Of a stretch of DNA of 64,000 bases, positions 9,210 to 18,883 are shown piece by piece. The notes beneath the pieces are model-generated. The model had not been told where the DNA came from. It made no database searches and was given only the letters and a program-made list of their open reading frames with translations. The position numbers and the translations under genes were made by a program. Within the stretch, counting starts at the first letter, position 1, and each line of letters opens with the position of its first letter. The DNA is from a virus (lineage: Duplodnaviria > Caudoviricetes): positions 1-64,000 of the IMG/VR virus record IMGVR_UViG_3300037067_007554; one strand, written 5' to 3'.

Positions 9210-11144
9210 TCACGCTCCTGTCACTTGTTTCTTACGCTTCGCCCATTCCCGCACCACGCGGCGGAGATACACGATCCATCGCTTCGCCATGTGGGATGCC
9301 AGAAAACGCTTGTTCACAATCTTCTGGCAGTCTGCCACAAGTCCCTCTCGCTCCGCCCTTGGCATGTCAGCAATCCTGGCAATCGCCTTCGCGGCAAGCC
9401 GAGGCGTTTCGTCACCGACGGGAATCTTCTCCCAGTGCCGGCCCACCATCCGTTCCAACTCCGGCAATACGCCCACATTCGTCAGAACGCACGGGCACCC
9501 GCAATACATTGCTTCCAACATCCCCATGCTGAAGCCTTCCCGGGGACTCAGGAGCGAGAAGCAATCCATCGCACGGTAGTAGTTGCCCACGTGCTCGGTG
9601 CGGTCAACGAATATCGCCCGCTCGCCAAGGTACTCAGCAATCTCTTGCCGCTGTCGGTTCTGGTCCCAGCCGCCTCCCACAAAAACAACCTTGAACCGCT
9701 CTGGCAAAAGCACGATAGCCCTCGCCAGCCCCACTGGATTCTTCTCTGGCACCATTCGGCCGACGTACCCGACAAGGAACTCATCATCCGACACGCCCAG
9801 TTGTTTTCTGATCTCTTCGCGCGAGACCGTCTGAACGCAACGGTCGGGGTCGATGCCATTGTGGATAACCTCTACCTCGTCAAGGGGAACAAACCCCTTG
9901 TACGGCTCCAAGGAAGCCTCCGCGACGGCCGCGAAATGAGTAGCACCCGAAACGGCCTGACGAATTGCGTTGCGGTCGAAGTCGCCAGAACCGTGGCCAA
10001 CAAACACCACGGGACCCGTGTATCCATCGACCAGTGCAGCGAGGTCATAAGCACCCCAAGAGACCAGCACGTCGGCCCTGGCAGCTACCTTACGAACAGC
10101 CTCTCGCCCGTACTCCACGACCTCCATTAAGGGGTCGAACAGGCTGGCCATCGTCTTGTCCCGAAACTGCTTGGTCACGCACGCACATCCGACCCATTCG
10201 ATGGCGTGTCCACTGAATCGGGCGAGGTCCAACATCCAGCGTTCGGCACCGCCCCAATAGAGGGCAGGCGTAATGAATCCGACCCGGAGTTTGCCGGCTT
10301 TTCCCCGCGTTGTCGGTCGGACAACTGGCTGGGGCGTCCCCATTCGGCGAGCCCGCTTGGTCTTGCTCAAGTCCGCCAATTGCCGATAGAAGTGGCTGTT
10401 GTCTAAGGGTTCCGCCACGATAGCCCCGGCATCACGAGCCGACGTGACTGCCAGTTGACCCACATCCGTCAGAATATGGGCCATTGTTTTGCCGTCTCCA
10501 ATCCGTTTGGAATCGACGGTCCATGGGTCGCCAACCAGGATGTCCGTCCCAATCCTTCCGTCCCACCGGCACGCCCGGCACTTGTCGCAGACGTTGGGCT
10601 GAGTGAACTCGTAACCCCACGCTGCGGTAAAAGACATCTGTTTGTAAAGACGACCACACATTGCCGTAATCAGACCAGGCCACCCGTCTCCCCTGTATCG
10701 CAATGATTTCAATTTGCTGTGGTCGAGTCCCATTCTGTCCAGAACCAAATCGGTCCAAACCTTGTCGGGAGTAGCATTGCAGAGCAGAGTCACAACGAAC
10801 GTCACGTTCAGCAGCCGGCCGGTGTTTTTGATTCGACGGAGCCATGCCGCATCGCATGGCAATAGGGTTGCGGCATATCGCTTCTCGGGGTCAAGATTGA
10901 GAATGACTTCCCTCGGAGAAATCGGGTAGTAGACCGAATTGGTGTCGGGCGTCAGGATGTCCTCGGGATCTTCCGTTACGATGAATTCTGGCTTGAACGA
11001 CCCGTCATGCCCTACCCGTGCGATCACGACCCCATCGACCTGCCCACTCTGGAGCAAATGGACGAGCAGAGCCTTGGTCATACCGCCACTGGACGCCATG
11101 TGGCGGATTGCAGGGTCAGCAGCGTATGCGAGAAAAGTGGTCAT
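9210..11144 (-). CDS. FrhB-like (F420 hydrogenase/dehydrogenase beta subunit family) domain fused to GT4 glycosyltransferase
   Basis: ASSGG, LLPC, LLCNATP, YRGDGWPG, CDKCRAC in the N-half; WGGAERW, HNGID, GRMVPEKN, EGFSMGMLEAMYCG in the C-half; ATGA overlap sets the start at 11144. Confidence 0.85.
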   Translation of the reverse strand: MTTFLAYAADPAIRHMASSGGMTKALLVHLLQSGQVDGVVIARVGHDGSFKPEFIVTEDPEDILTPDTNSVYYPISPREVILNLDPEKRYAATLLPCDAAWLRRIKNTGRLLNVTFVVTLLCNATPDKVWTDLVLDRMGLDHSKLKSLRYRGDGWPGLITAMCGRLYKQMSFTAAWGYEFTQPNVCDKCRACRWDGRIGTDILVGDPWTVDSKRIGDGKTMAHILTDVGQLAVTSARDAGAIVAEPLDNSHFYRQLADLSKTKRARRMGTPQPVVRPTTRGKAGKLRVGFITPALYWGGAERWMLDLARFSGHAIEWVGCACVTKQFRDKTMASLFDPLMEVVEYGREAVRKVAARADVLVSWGAYDLAALVDGYTGPVVFVGHGSGDFDRNAIRQAVSGATHFAAVAEASLEPYKGFVPLDEVEVIHNGIDPDRCVQTVSREEIRKQLGVSDDEFLVGYVGRMVPEKNPVGLARAIVLLPERFKVVFVGGGWDQNRQRQEIAEYLGERAIFVDRTEHVGNYYRAMDCFSLLSPREGFSMGMLEAMYCGCPCVLTNVGVLPELERMVGRHWEKIPVGDETPRLAAKAIARIADMPRAEREGLVADCQKIVNKRFLASHMAKRWIVYLRRVVREWAKRKKQVTGA

Positions 11145-12097
11145 GCTTGGAATAGTTCCACCTGTTTCTCGACGGACGGAACGCAACGGTGCTCCTGGTA
11201 GTAAGCAATCAGTCGCTTCAGGTAACCTAGCCGAAGACTTGCACGATGCCTGCTCAAGGCAAGTTGCTGGCCGGCAGCGGCAATCTCTGAGAATGGAAAC
11301 GGGTCCTGGAGGCTCTCACTGAGGATGGTCGTAAAACGGTCCTTGTCTTTCGGCCAATCGAACAGGAAGCAATTCTCGCCGTCTCGGACGCCGAGGACTT
11401 CGCAGTCCCGCTCGCTCGGACGTTCGGCCAACAGCAGCAGCCCGGCATAAGGGTATTCGAGGTACTTGGCTAGGACGTACCCGCCCCTGCCCCACCCGAG
11501 ACCGACGATGCCCACACGGAACTGCGAGAGGGTGGGAAACCACTTCGCCTGGTCCTCTGCCATTTTGTTCCCGTAACCAGGGTGCGAAACCCACGTAATC
11601 CCCGGAAGTCCAATCGCCTTGACGGCGTGAAGGAACGGGTACGCCCTTGCCCCGCCGCCGGAACCAAGCACGAACGTACCGGCAGCATCCTCGCGTTGGG
11701 GGAGCGGCGGATCGTCCGGTACGCTGTGCGGGAATATCACCATCGCGTCTCGTTTCGTCTCGTCCAGGTGTAAAAGGTCGGTCGGCAAAGCGGAAAACCG
11801 ATAGGCACTGAGTGCCATGTCGTAGCTGGCCTGTGCAGTACAAGCTCCAAGATGATGTGCATAGCTGTATTGGTGGATATCATCCCAGAGACGGACCTTG
11901 ATGGCTTCTTTCGGCCAATCAGCACGCATGCAACTATCCGTGACGATGGCTGTCAGATTCAGGTTTTTAGGTGGGCCTCGCCATCCTTCCGGCAGAAGGA
12001 TACAGTCCCGGTCACCTTCCGCAGATCGCCACAGATTGAGGTATGGCGAGTGCGAGATGTATCCGAGCCAGCCCGGATTGATGTCGAAAAGAATCAT
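11141..12097 (-). CDS. GT-B fold glycosyltransferase (CgeB/YkvP-like)
   Basis: C-terminal KYLEYPYAGLLLLAE..GVRDGENCFLF..EIAAAGQQ pattern; 4-nt overlaps with neighbours. Confidence 0.6.
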   Translation of the reverse strand: MILFDINPGWLGYISHSPYLNLWRSAEGDRDCILLPEGWRGPPKNLNLTAIVTDSCMRADWPKEAIKVRLWDDIHQYSYAHHLGACTAQASYDMALSAYRFSALPTDLLHLDETKRDAMVIFPHSVPDDPPLPQREDAAGTFVLGSGGGARAYPFLHAVKAIGLPGITWVSHPGYGNKMAEDQAKWFPTLSQFRVGIVGLGWGRGGYVLAKYLEYPYAGLLLLAERPSERDCEVLGVRDGENCFLFDWPKDKDRFTTILSESLQDPFPFSEIAAAGQQLALSRHRASLRLGYLKRLIAYYQEHRCVPSVEKQVELFQA

Positions 12098-12678
12098 TTG
12101 CGATTCCTTTGAGCAATGGCAATTCCTACCAGGCGGTTGTCTGCCTCAACGTACCGTGTAGGGAACTCCAGAACGGTCCAACCACCGGAGCGCACTTCCG
12201 CAAGCACCTTTTGCACGGAACCCCAACCGGCATCGTGGAAGATGATCCATTCCGCACGATCACGGCACATCTCAAAGTCGTTTCGTGCAGCACTTTCAGT
12301 GTGGTCTCCGTCAATAAACACCAAATCGACGTTCCCGATTTCATCGAATAGTTTCGGCAGGGCAACGTCGCTGCACGCCTGAATCACAGTCACGGCAGCA
12401 TCCATCCCGGCTTCGTGAAAAGCGGCAAGGGCCGTGTCCCGAACGTGCATGGCCGGAAACGGGTCAATCGTCCAAAGATGCGGAGCATAACCGTTGTCGA
12501 TTGCTGCACGCAGCAGGCAGATTCCAGAGGCTCCGCGGTGGGTTCCGATCTCCACGATTCTTTTGGCTTGAATCGCCCTTGCTACGGCGTAGAGCATCAG
12601 ATAGTCCTGCTCAGTGCTGCCGAGGCCACGATAGGCGTTCAGTCTTGTCACCACAGGATCTATTTCTAAGGTTCGCAC
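12094..12678 (-). CDS. class I SAM-dependent methyltransferase (Methyltransf_24-like)
   Basis: IVEIGTHRGASG and DLVFIDGDH..IIFHD motifs. Confidence 0.85.
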   Translation of the reverse strand: MRTLEIDPVVTRLNAYRGLGSTEQDYLMLYAVARAIQAKRIVEIGTHRGASGICLLRAAIDNGYAPHLWTIDPFPAMHVRDTALAAFHEAGMDAAVTVIQACSDVALPKLFDEIGNVDLVFIDGDHTESAARNDFEMCRDRAEWIIFHDAGWGSVQKVLAEVRSGGWTVLEFPTRYVEADNRLVGIAIAQRNRK

Positions 12679-13526
12679 ATCTCACCGGATGGGGTATGCG
12701 TACTGAATGGAAAGGCCCTCAGAAGCGGACCACTGTCCGGAATTACAAGAGACCTGCCTTCAGTCTCCCACCACCGCTCGCCCTCGTCGAGGTTATGGAC
12801 GATCGGCAACGGGGTGGCCGGATCGCGGCCAAGAGACTCAAAAACGTCCCGCCACTTGTCGGGCATGTTCAGCTCTTCGCCCTCGGTCAGGCATAGGGCG
12901 CAGGGCACGCAATAGGCCAGGCAGAAGATGAGTCCGTGAAGCGTGTTGGCCAGCACAAACTGGGCCGAAGCCACGCGGGCCATGAAGTCCAATACTTCGT
13001 CTCGATGCAGCATGACGTTTAGGCAGTCTGTCGCCCCAATCCGCTTGGCTGTCTCTTTGGAGACCTTCGCAAAGTTGGCGTGGTGAGGGAGGTAAAGGAC
13101 CTCGGATTCTTCAGCGACCAGATGCCAACTCGGATAGAACGCTGGCATCAGAAAACCGGGGTCCAGCAGCGGAACGTCGCCATCGAAGTGCGAGATTCTC
13201 TTGGTCAGTGGCCCTCGCAAGGCATGGATCGTCACATTGTCTCTGTACTTCGGCAAACGCATATCCACGGCTCGGTCAGCACCGCGGCCATTGCCCTGAC
13301 CCCAGACGTGGACGTGGCAGCCGGAACATGCAAGGCCATCGACCAACCCATGATGAAACTCCGATCCGATCATCAGCAGACAGGGTTCGCCCGGCCGAAT
13401 CTCGCCGGCAGCCATGGCAACGTCGAAGCTCCGCGGCTGACAGCCGAGCCTCGGCAAGAGCAACTCCACGAAGTGCTCGCCGAAATTGAGTACGCTTTGT
13501 CCACCCATCCAGTACCATGTCAACAT
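12666..13526 (-). CDS. polysaccharide pyruvyl transferase family protein (ExoV-like)
   Basis: NFGE, ALRGPLT, DPGFLMP, YLPH, TLHGLIFCLAYCVP motifs. Confidence 0.8.
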   Translation of the reverse strand: MLTWYWMGGQSVLNFGEHFVELLLPRLGCQPRSFDVAMAAGEIRPGEPCLLMIGSEFHHGLVDGLACSGCHVHVWGQGNGRGADRAVDMRLPKYRDNVTIHALRGPLTKRISHFDGDVPLLDPGFLMPAFYPSWHLVAEESEVLYLPHHANFAKVSKETAKRIGATDCLNVMLHRDEVLDFMARVASAQFVLANTLHGLIFCLAYCVPCALCLTEGEELNMPDKWRDVFESLGRDPATPLPIVHNLDEGERWWETEGRSLVIPDSGPLLRAFPFSTHTPSGEMCEP

Positions 13527-14296
13527 GGCGAAGCCCCCCAATTCACGAAAGACTTGATCTCGGGGCGAACGGGAAGGGACGCAAAATCCCGCAGCCGGCC
13601 AATCGCGAGCGTTGCCTTGGCAACGGGCCCACCATGTATCCGGGCTAATTCTTCGTATCCCTTCGCCGGATTCATCCGACTGATGTGATACGTGTTCATT
13701 TCTGGGTAGGACGGCTCGTACACAAAATAGGGCGGATATTTCAAACCTTCGAGGGCATCGACCGGAGGGTCATCCGAGGCCAGCGCCCGACCGAAGAGTT
13801 CCTGATCTTCGCCGTGCGATAAAAGGGTGGAATAACCTCCTAACCGTGAGAAAAGCTCGCGACGAAATCCCCACGTTGGATGATGAAACCAGTGTCCATT
13901 GTGGGCGACGGTTTGGAACCGAACGAGTTGCCCCGGCGGATGCTCGACATAGACGTGCTTCGCCCCACACCAGGGGCCCGCCTCCAAGGCTGCGGCAATC
14001 CGCTCCAGCCAATGAGGAAAGTACCAATCGTCGTCGTCCATGACGGCCAGGCCCTGCACCTCGGGATCGGCCAGGGCAAGGGCGACCGCAGCATTCCGCT
14101 TCGCCCCCAAACTCGGAAACCGCTCAGATTGGCTGAACAACTCCCAGCGGTCACCCTTCTGCGGCTCGTACTGGCCTGCGTCATCGAGGATGACCAACTT
14201 ACGGTCAGGGTGCGTCTGGTCCAAGAAGCACTGGATAGCTACCCCCAACAGCTTGGGGCGTCGGTAGGTACAGCAGACGGCGGCGATTTTCATCAT
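13520..14296 (-). CDS. GT2 family glycosyltransferase
   Basis: AVCCTYRRP, ILDD, LGAKRN, VMDDDDWY, GED motifs; ATGA overlap at 14293-14296. Confidence 0.85.
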   Translation of the reverse strand: MMKIAAVCCTYRRPKLLGVAIQCFLDQTHPDRKLVILDDAGQYEPQKGDRWELFSQSERFPSLGAKRNAAVALALADPEVQGLAVMDDDDWYFPHWLERIAAALEAGPWCGAKHVYVEHPPGQLVRFQTVAHNGHWFHHPTWGFRRELFSRLGGYSTLLSHGEDQELFGRALASDDPPVDALEGLKYPPYFVYEPSYPEMNTYHISRMNPAKGYEELARIHGGPVAKATLAIGRLRDFASLPVRPEIKSFVNWGASPC

Positions 14297-14838
14297 TGCA
14301 CCTGCACGAGCCAACTGTCATCCTGGAAAATCCGCGGCTCTCCAAAATGTCCCAGGAACTTGCGCACGGCGTCCCCAACGCCGGGCCATGACCAATCGTG
14401 ACCAGATGCCCAGCCGCCGGCCCGCAGTTTGGGGAGCCATGCCACGATGTCACGGGTAACGGCATCAAATGTGTGCTCCGCGTCGATATAGAAGAGATCC
14501 AGATAGCCGTCCGGTATCAGATTCGCCGCCTCCTGGCTGCTCATTTTGAACTTGACAACGCGCCAGATCGGTCGCCTAGTCCGACGATCAAATTCCTCTT
14601 CGGCCAGGTCGGGCCTGATGTTCTCGGCGACGTTCTCGCGATACGCGATGGGAGCCCAAAGATCGACGGCACACAGAACCCCGGCCCCCTCCTCAAGGAA
14701 AATCTCTGCGCTCTCTCCGGCGAAACTCCCAATCTCGGCCATGCAAAACGGAGTCCCCCACAGGTCCGTCGCGCGGATCATGTCACGTAGGCCATCGGCC
14801 TGAACGGCACTTCGCATCACGTAGAGGTTCATGGCCAC
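14293..14838 (-). CDS. class I SAM-dependent methyltransferase (Methyltransf_24-like)
   Basis: AEIGSFAGES, YIDAEH, GGWASGHDW motifs. Confidence 0.85.
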   Translation of the reverse strand: MAMNLYVMRSAVQADGLRDMIRATDLWGTPFCMAEIGSFAGESAEIFLEEGAGVLCAVDLWAPIAYRENVAENIRPDLAEEEFDRRTRRPIWRVVKFKMSSQEAANLIPDGYLDLFYIDAEHTFDAVTRDIVAWLPKLRAGGWASGHDWSWPGVGDAVRKFLGHFGEPRIFQDDSWLVQVQ

Positions 14839-14855
14839 CGCTCGCTATCTGGTGG

Positions 14856-15092
14856 TCAGTATTGGACCCCAACGAGAATCCACACAGGAGACGCCATCGT
14901 GCCCGTATTGATGTACAAGTCCGTGTTGCTATAGTCGAAACAGAGCGAGCATGGACCGCACCTGCCGGCTCCCGTGCCTGTAGTGCCGTCCGTCGGGGCA
15001 CCGGCGTTGGGGATGAAGATGATGTCAACCTGAATCAGGTCAGCCATCATGTCGAGAACTTTTTGTCGAATCAGCGCCGTGACTGGAGGCAT
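14856..15092 (-). CDS. small virion protein
   Basis: AGGAG RBS; GAPTDGTTGTGAG..LYINTGT.ASPVW motif typical of small phage structural proteins. Confidence 0.6.
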   Translation of the reverse strand: MPPVTALIRQKVLDMMADLIQVDIIFIPNAGAPTDGTTGTGAGRCGPCSLCFDYSNTDLYINTGTMASPVWILVGVQY

Positions 15093-15104
15093 CGGTCTCT
15101 CCTT

Positions 15105-15659
15105 CTACTTGGGAGGTGAGTGTTTGTTGATAACGTCCTCCCGGAGCTTTTTGAGTTTCGCTTTACTACTCTTGAGCCCCGGATTTTTCTTTATTCGCAG
15201 CCACATCAACTTGCGAATCACGTCTTCAGCCAACGGAGGTCCCGTGTCTGGCTTGGGATCTTTGACTACGCCTTCCATCTCAACCAAGCCGTGGCACGGC
15301 ATTCCACGTTGGCGACAGACTTTACGAATATGACCCTTGGGATTGTCGTGAGGGACCACAGCCAAGGGATCGAGGGGCTCGACGCCGAGGGCGGCCTGAT
15401 AAGAGTCGTTGCTGCTGACCGCGAAGCCCATCTTCTTAGCCTTGGCCTTGAGGATCGCCAGTTCCAAAGGCCGCTTACAAAACTGTTGCCCGATGGTCTC
15501 GGCGTGTTGGTGGAAGGCCCGGTCGGACGACACGGCCGGCGTCCGTCTTGTGGCAAAAATCTTTGCCATGTTGTGACTCTCGCCACGTTCTCGGCAGTCT
15601 TCGTAGAACGCCTGGATGGCTGGGTCGTCGCTGATAACGGGAAGTTGTTCGGTAATCAT
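15105..15659 (-). CDS. hypothetical protein
   Basis: In-operon ORF; start re-called at MITEQ. Confidence 0.65.
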   Translation of the reverse strand: MITEQLPVISDDPAIQAFYEDCRERGESHNMAKIFATRRTPAVSSDRAFHQHAETIGQQFCKRPLELAILKAKAKKMGFAVSSNDSYQAALGVEPLDPLAVVPHDNPKGHIRKVCRQRGMPCHGLVEMEGVVKDPKPDTGPPLAEDVIRKLMWLRIKKNPGLKSSKAKLKKLREDVINKHSPPK

Positions 15660-15663
15660 GGGT

Positions 15664-16005
15664 TTACATCTCGACGTAGGTTCCGGTGACCGAGCCGGCG
15701 ATTCCACTGTTGGCAATCTGAAGGGCCGCCCCAACCGCTGTCACAAACCATCCACGGGGAGCATGAGGGGCTGTGTGAACGGTAGTTCCGGCCGCCTGAA
15801 GGTAGATCAACCCCGAGATGTCCACGGCATCGCCAGCCGGCTTGGATTGCCACTTGTAGGTCCCGTTTGTGGCGGACGACATGATGTAAGACAAGACGCA
15901 AATCTTCTTGCCGGAGACGGCCGCCACAATAGTCTTCGGGTTGTCGCCCGACCCAATTGCCACGGCAAACGTCTTCACGGCATGGGTCTTAATGAGGTCT
16001 TCCAT
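15664..16005 (-). CDS. hypothetical virion protein
   Basis: GAGGAAG RBS before ATG 16005; beta-rich; directly after the portal. Confidence 0.6.
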   Translation of the reverse strand: MEDLIKTHAVKTFAVAIGSGDNPKTIVAAVSGKKICVLSYIMSSATNGTYKWQSKPAGDAVDISGLIYLQAAGTTVHTAPHAPRGWFVTAVGAALQIANSGIAGSVTGTYVEM

Positions 16006-16021
16006 TTTCTTCCTCTTGTGG

Positions 16022-18364
16022 TTATGCCTTCGCCGCTCCGTTGCTTGGAGCCTTGGCTTTCTGTTTTGCCAGCCGCAACTGCAACTGGCCCTGTTGTGCC
16101 TTCTGAATCGTGTCAAGGTACTTCTGTTGCAGGTCAAGGCTTCCCTCGGAAACCTTGCGCAGCATTTCCGCCCGGTGGGCCTCCATGTCCTGTTGCATCT
16201 TCTGACCAAACTGAGCACCACGTTGTGCCTGCTCTGCCTCGAACGCCGCCTGTTGCTGCTGCAACTCGGTCTGGGCCCGCTGTTGCTCCTGCTGCATCTC
16301 CAGTTGCTTAGCCTGGAATTCTGGGTTCTGAGTCGGGTCGGGCGGCTGCTGCGGTTGCGGCGGCTTGAGCATCAGCCCGTCCATCTTCATCCCGTTGACC
16401 TTGCCGAAGAGTTGCTGCAAAGCATTGATAGTGGACGTGTCCCCGCTGGCAGCAGCGTACTGCTGGTGAATCGGACCGAAGACCTGGATAAAGTTGCGGA
16501 GACTCTCGGCGTCCCGGTCGTTGTCTGGCCGGGCCATGCTGCTGGCCTCCACGGCGTAGTCGATTTGTCGAAGAACCCGCTCTCCAGGCTGGCTCTTGAC
16601 GTAGCGACCCCATAGTTGGGCACCCGTATTTCCGAGGATGTCCGCAAGGTCTTCGGGGGTGCAAGAGTACCACAGCCCGTAGCTTTCCTTGCGGGCCAGT
16701 TCGGTCTGGCAGGCAGCCACTCGCCGAGCCATGTCCTGGGGACGGATTGCCGTGTTGGCCTGGCGAACCTTCACGTCGGTCGCCGAGCGGGATGCTGGGC
16801 CTTGCATCCCATAAAGAATCTCGCTCAGACCAACACGACGGTCGAACATCTCCATCAAGGCGTCGAGAATTTTCCACACGTCGTAGTTGACAGGTGGATG
16901 CGTCAGGAACTGGACCACCTTACTGAGATCGTCCTGAAGGCTCTCTAGGCCGAAGATGGCGAAGTCCTTGCCACGTTCCAAAGCCTTCTGCACTTCTTCC
17001 TTGGCACTCTCCAGAACCCCGGTGAGCGTGCGGCTGGACATCCACACATGATGGCAGAGTGAGCAAAGGAAGATGTTGATCGCCTTCAGTTCACCCAATC
17101 CGGGGGCCAACGGGGGCAACGGCCATGGGTAGCGAGTCCGCTGGTACACGTCCAAAAACGTCACCGGGAACTTGCCCTCTGTCCAGAACGGTATCGGCCA
17201 ACTCAGTCGGGACTTGACCTCGGCGACCGTGCCCTGCTGGAGAACCCAGTCAGGGCAATTCAAGAGGTAGGGAATGCCGGGGGCCACGACCATGTAAACG
17301 TAGTCGCCGGTCGCTGATTCAAGGGCTCGCTGAGTCGCCGTGGGAAGATCCAAGCCACGGATACCGACGCCCTCGCGGGAATAGAATTCCCAGTAGCGGA
17401 TCATGTCCTTGGCCTCGCCGGTCTGCTGCCGGTTGTTGGCCGTATTGGCAGACATGGCCCAAGCGGTCCCCTGAGAATTCCCGCTCTGATAACTGGAGGC
17501 GTTTTTCAGTACGCCCTCGGGGAAGAGTTTGAACTTCCGCTCGACTTCCCAGTAGGGGGCATATCTCTCAACGGCAACCCAATGGGCATTCTTCGCGTTC
17601 TCGCAGTCCGGGTCGATAAACACCCGGTCGGGCGTCTCGTAGAAACTGCCCACAAGCAGTTTGTTGGAGCCCGGATGCCGGTACGGCTCCGTGATGAACA
17701 CGCCACGGCCCTTGACCAACAGGTCCGTGATGGCACGGTCGGAATGGTCGTGCAACTCCAGGAGGTCCGGCGTATGGTTGAGAATTCGGGCCTGGAGTTG
17801 AGCCGACATATTCCGCTGGAGCGACTCTTGCTGAAACTCCGACAAGGCTTGCTGGTACTGAGAGGCCGCCTGCTGTTGCTGCTGAAGGATCGCCATGGCC
17901 TGCTGTTGCATCGCCATGGCCTGTTGGCGTTGCAGCGGGTCGCCCTGCTGCAACATGCCAGCGGCCTGTTGTTGCATCGCCTGGGCTTGCTGTTGCTGGT
18001 CGGCCATTACGCCGAAGACCTCGGGGGGGATTTCCACAAAGTCCCGCGGCTTCGCTGTCCTGGTCGGGTTCGCCCAATAGAGCGTCGGACCGAAGAGGGC
18101 GACCAACTCGAAGGCTCTCGCACACGTAATCTGGAACTGGGGCTCGATGGCCCCGTTCGTGGTATTCCAGAAACGCCACCGATTCTCCGGCCTCCACAAG
18201 AACCCCGACACGGCCGAATAGAAGAAGTCACACTCGTCGGCCACGTCCTGCCACGGCTTTTTGTGCAGGCGGGCACGCTCAATCTTGCCCTCGATAGCCT
18301 GGCACAAGCCCCGCAGTGGGTTGTCGGTTTCCGCGTAGGGAACCATCGGTGGAATCATGGTCAT
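16022..18364 (-). CDS. portal protein
   Basis: 780 aa, near terL; podovirus-portal-like layout with Q-rich C-terminal helix; ATGA overlap with the upstream gene. Confidence 0.8.
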   Translation of the reverse strand: MTMIPPMVPYAETDNPLRGLCQAIEGKIERARLHKKPWQDVADECDFFYSAVSGFLWRPENRWRFWNTTNGAIEPQFQITCARAFELVALFGPTLYWANPTRTAKPRDFVEIPPEVFGVMADQQQQAQAMQQQAAGMLQQGDPLQRQQAMAMQQQAMAILQQQQQAASQYQQALSEFQQESLQRNMSAQLQARILNHTPDLLELHDHSDRAITDLLVKGRGVFITEPYRHPGSNKLLVGSFYETPDRVFIDPDCENAKNAHWVAVERYAPYWEVERKFKLFPEGVLKNASSYQSGNSQGTAWAMSANTANNRQQTGEAKDMIRYWEFYSREGVGIRGLDLPTATQRALESATGDYVYMVVAPGIPYLLNCPDWVLQQGTVAEVKSRLSWPIPFWTEGKFPVTFLDVYQRTRYPWPLPPLAPGLGELKAINIFLCSLCHHVWMSSRTLTGVLESAKEEVQKALERGKDFAIFGLESLQDDLSKVVQFLTHPPVNYDVWKILDALMEMFDRRVGLSEILYGMQGPASRSATDVKVRQANTAIRPQDMARRVAACQTELARKESYGLWYSCTPEDLADILGNTGAQLWGRYVKSQPGERVLRQIDYAVEASSMARPDNDRDAESLRNFIQVFGPIHQQYAAASGDTSTINALQQLFGKVNGMKMDGLMLKPPQPQQPPDPTQNPEFQAKQLEMQQEQQRAQTELQQQQAAFEAEQAQRGAQFGQKMQQDMEAHRAEMLRKVSEGSLDLQQKYLDTIQKAQQGQLQLRLAKQKAKAPSNGAAKA

Positions 18365-18858
18365 TCAGCCTGTGGCTTTTGTTGAACATCGAGGGCCTTG
18401 TGCTTCTGAAGCACGCCATTGACCTTCTGGGCGGTCCATTCGCCACCCATGATTTCCGCAATCCGTCCGCAGTTCTTCTCGACGGTCTGATAGAGCGTGA
18501 TGATTCGGGCCGCCTCGTTGTCGATGCCGAGGTATTTGGCCGGAACCAAACCCTCGACCCAATCCCACGCACCGATGGGACGCTCCGAGTTCCGGTTCGG
18601 GTTCAGAATCAGTTTCGGGTCGGAGATGTGCATCGTTCGCCGCTGACGAAACACGGCACCATCGGGGTGGTGTGCCTCGATCATGCACATGCCTCGCCCT
18701 GTTTCTTGGAGGCACGTGGCCGACAACGCCGGCTCGCGAACGTCGGCCCTGGGATAGAACCGGATGGGGAATCCAACGGGCGGCTCGATAAAGAACCGCT
18801 TCAGTACGGGGGCCTGCGGCTGCGGTTGGGGCTTGGTGGTGGCTTCTGCCATGGTCAA
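18361..18858 (-). CDS. hypothetical protein
   Basis: In-operon ORF between terL and portal; TTG 18858 or ATG 18852 start. Confidence 0.65.
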   Translation of the reverse strand: MTMAEATTKPQPQPQAPVLKRFFIEPPVGFPIRFYPRADVREPALSATCLQETGRGMCMIEAHHPDGAVFRQRRTMHISDPKLILNPNRNSERPIGAWDWVEGLVPAKYLGIDNEAARIITLYQTVEKNCGRIAEIMGGEWTAQKVNGVLQKHKALDVQQKPQAE

Positions 18859-18883
18859 CGTCCTCTCGCAAAAGGTCTGGGGA

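Noticed and set aside
8961-10130. 389-aa plus-strand ORF
   Set aside because: Antisense shadow of the FrhB-GT4 and adaptor genes; no motifs or RBS.
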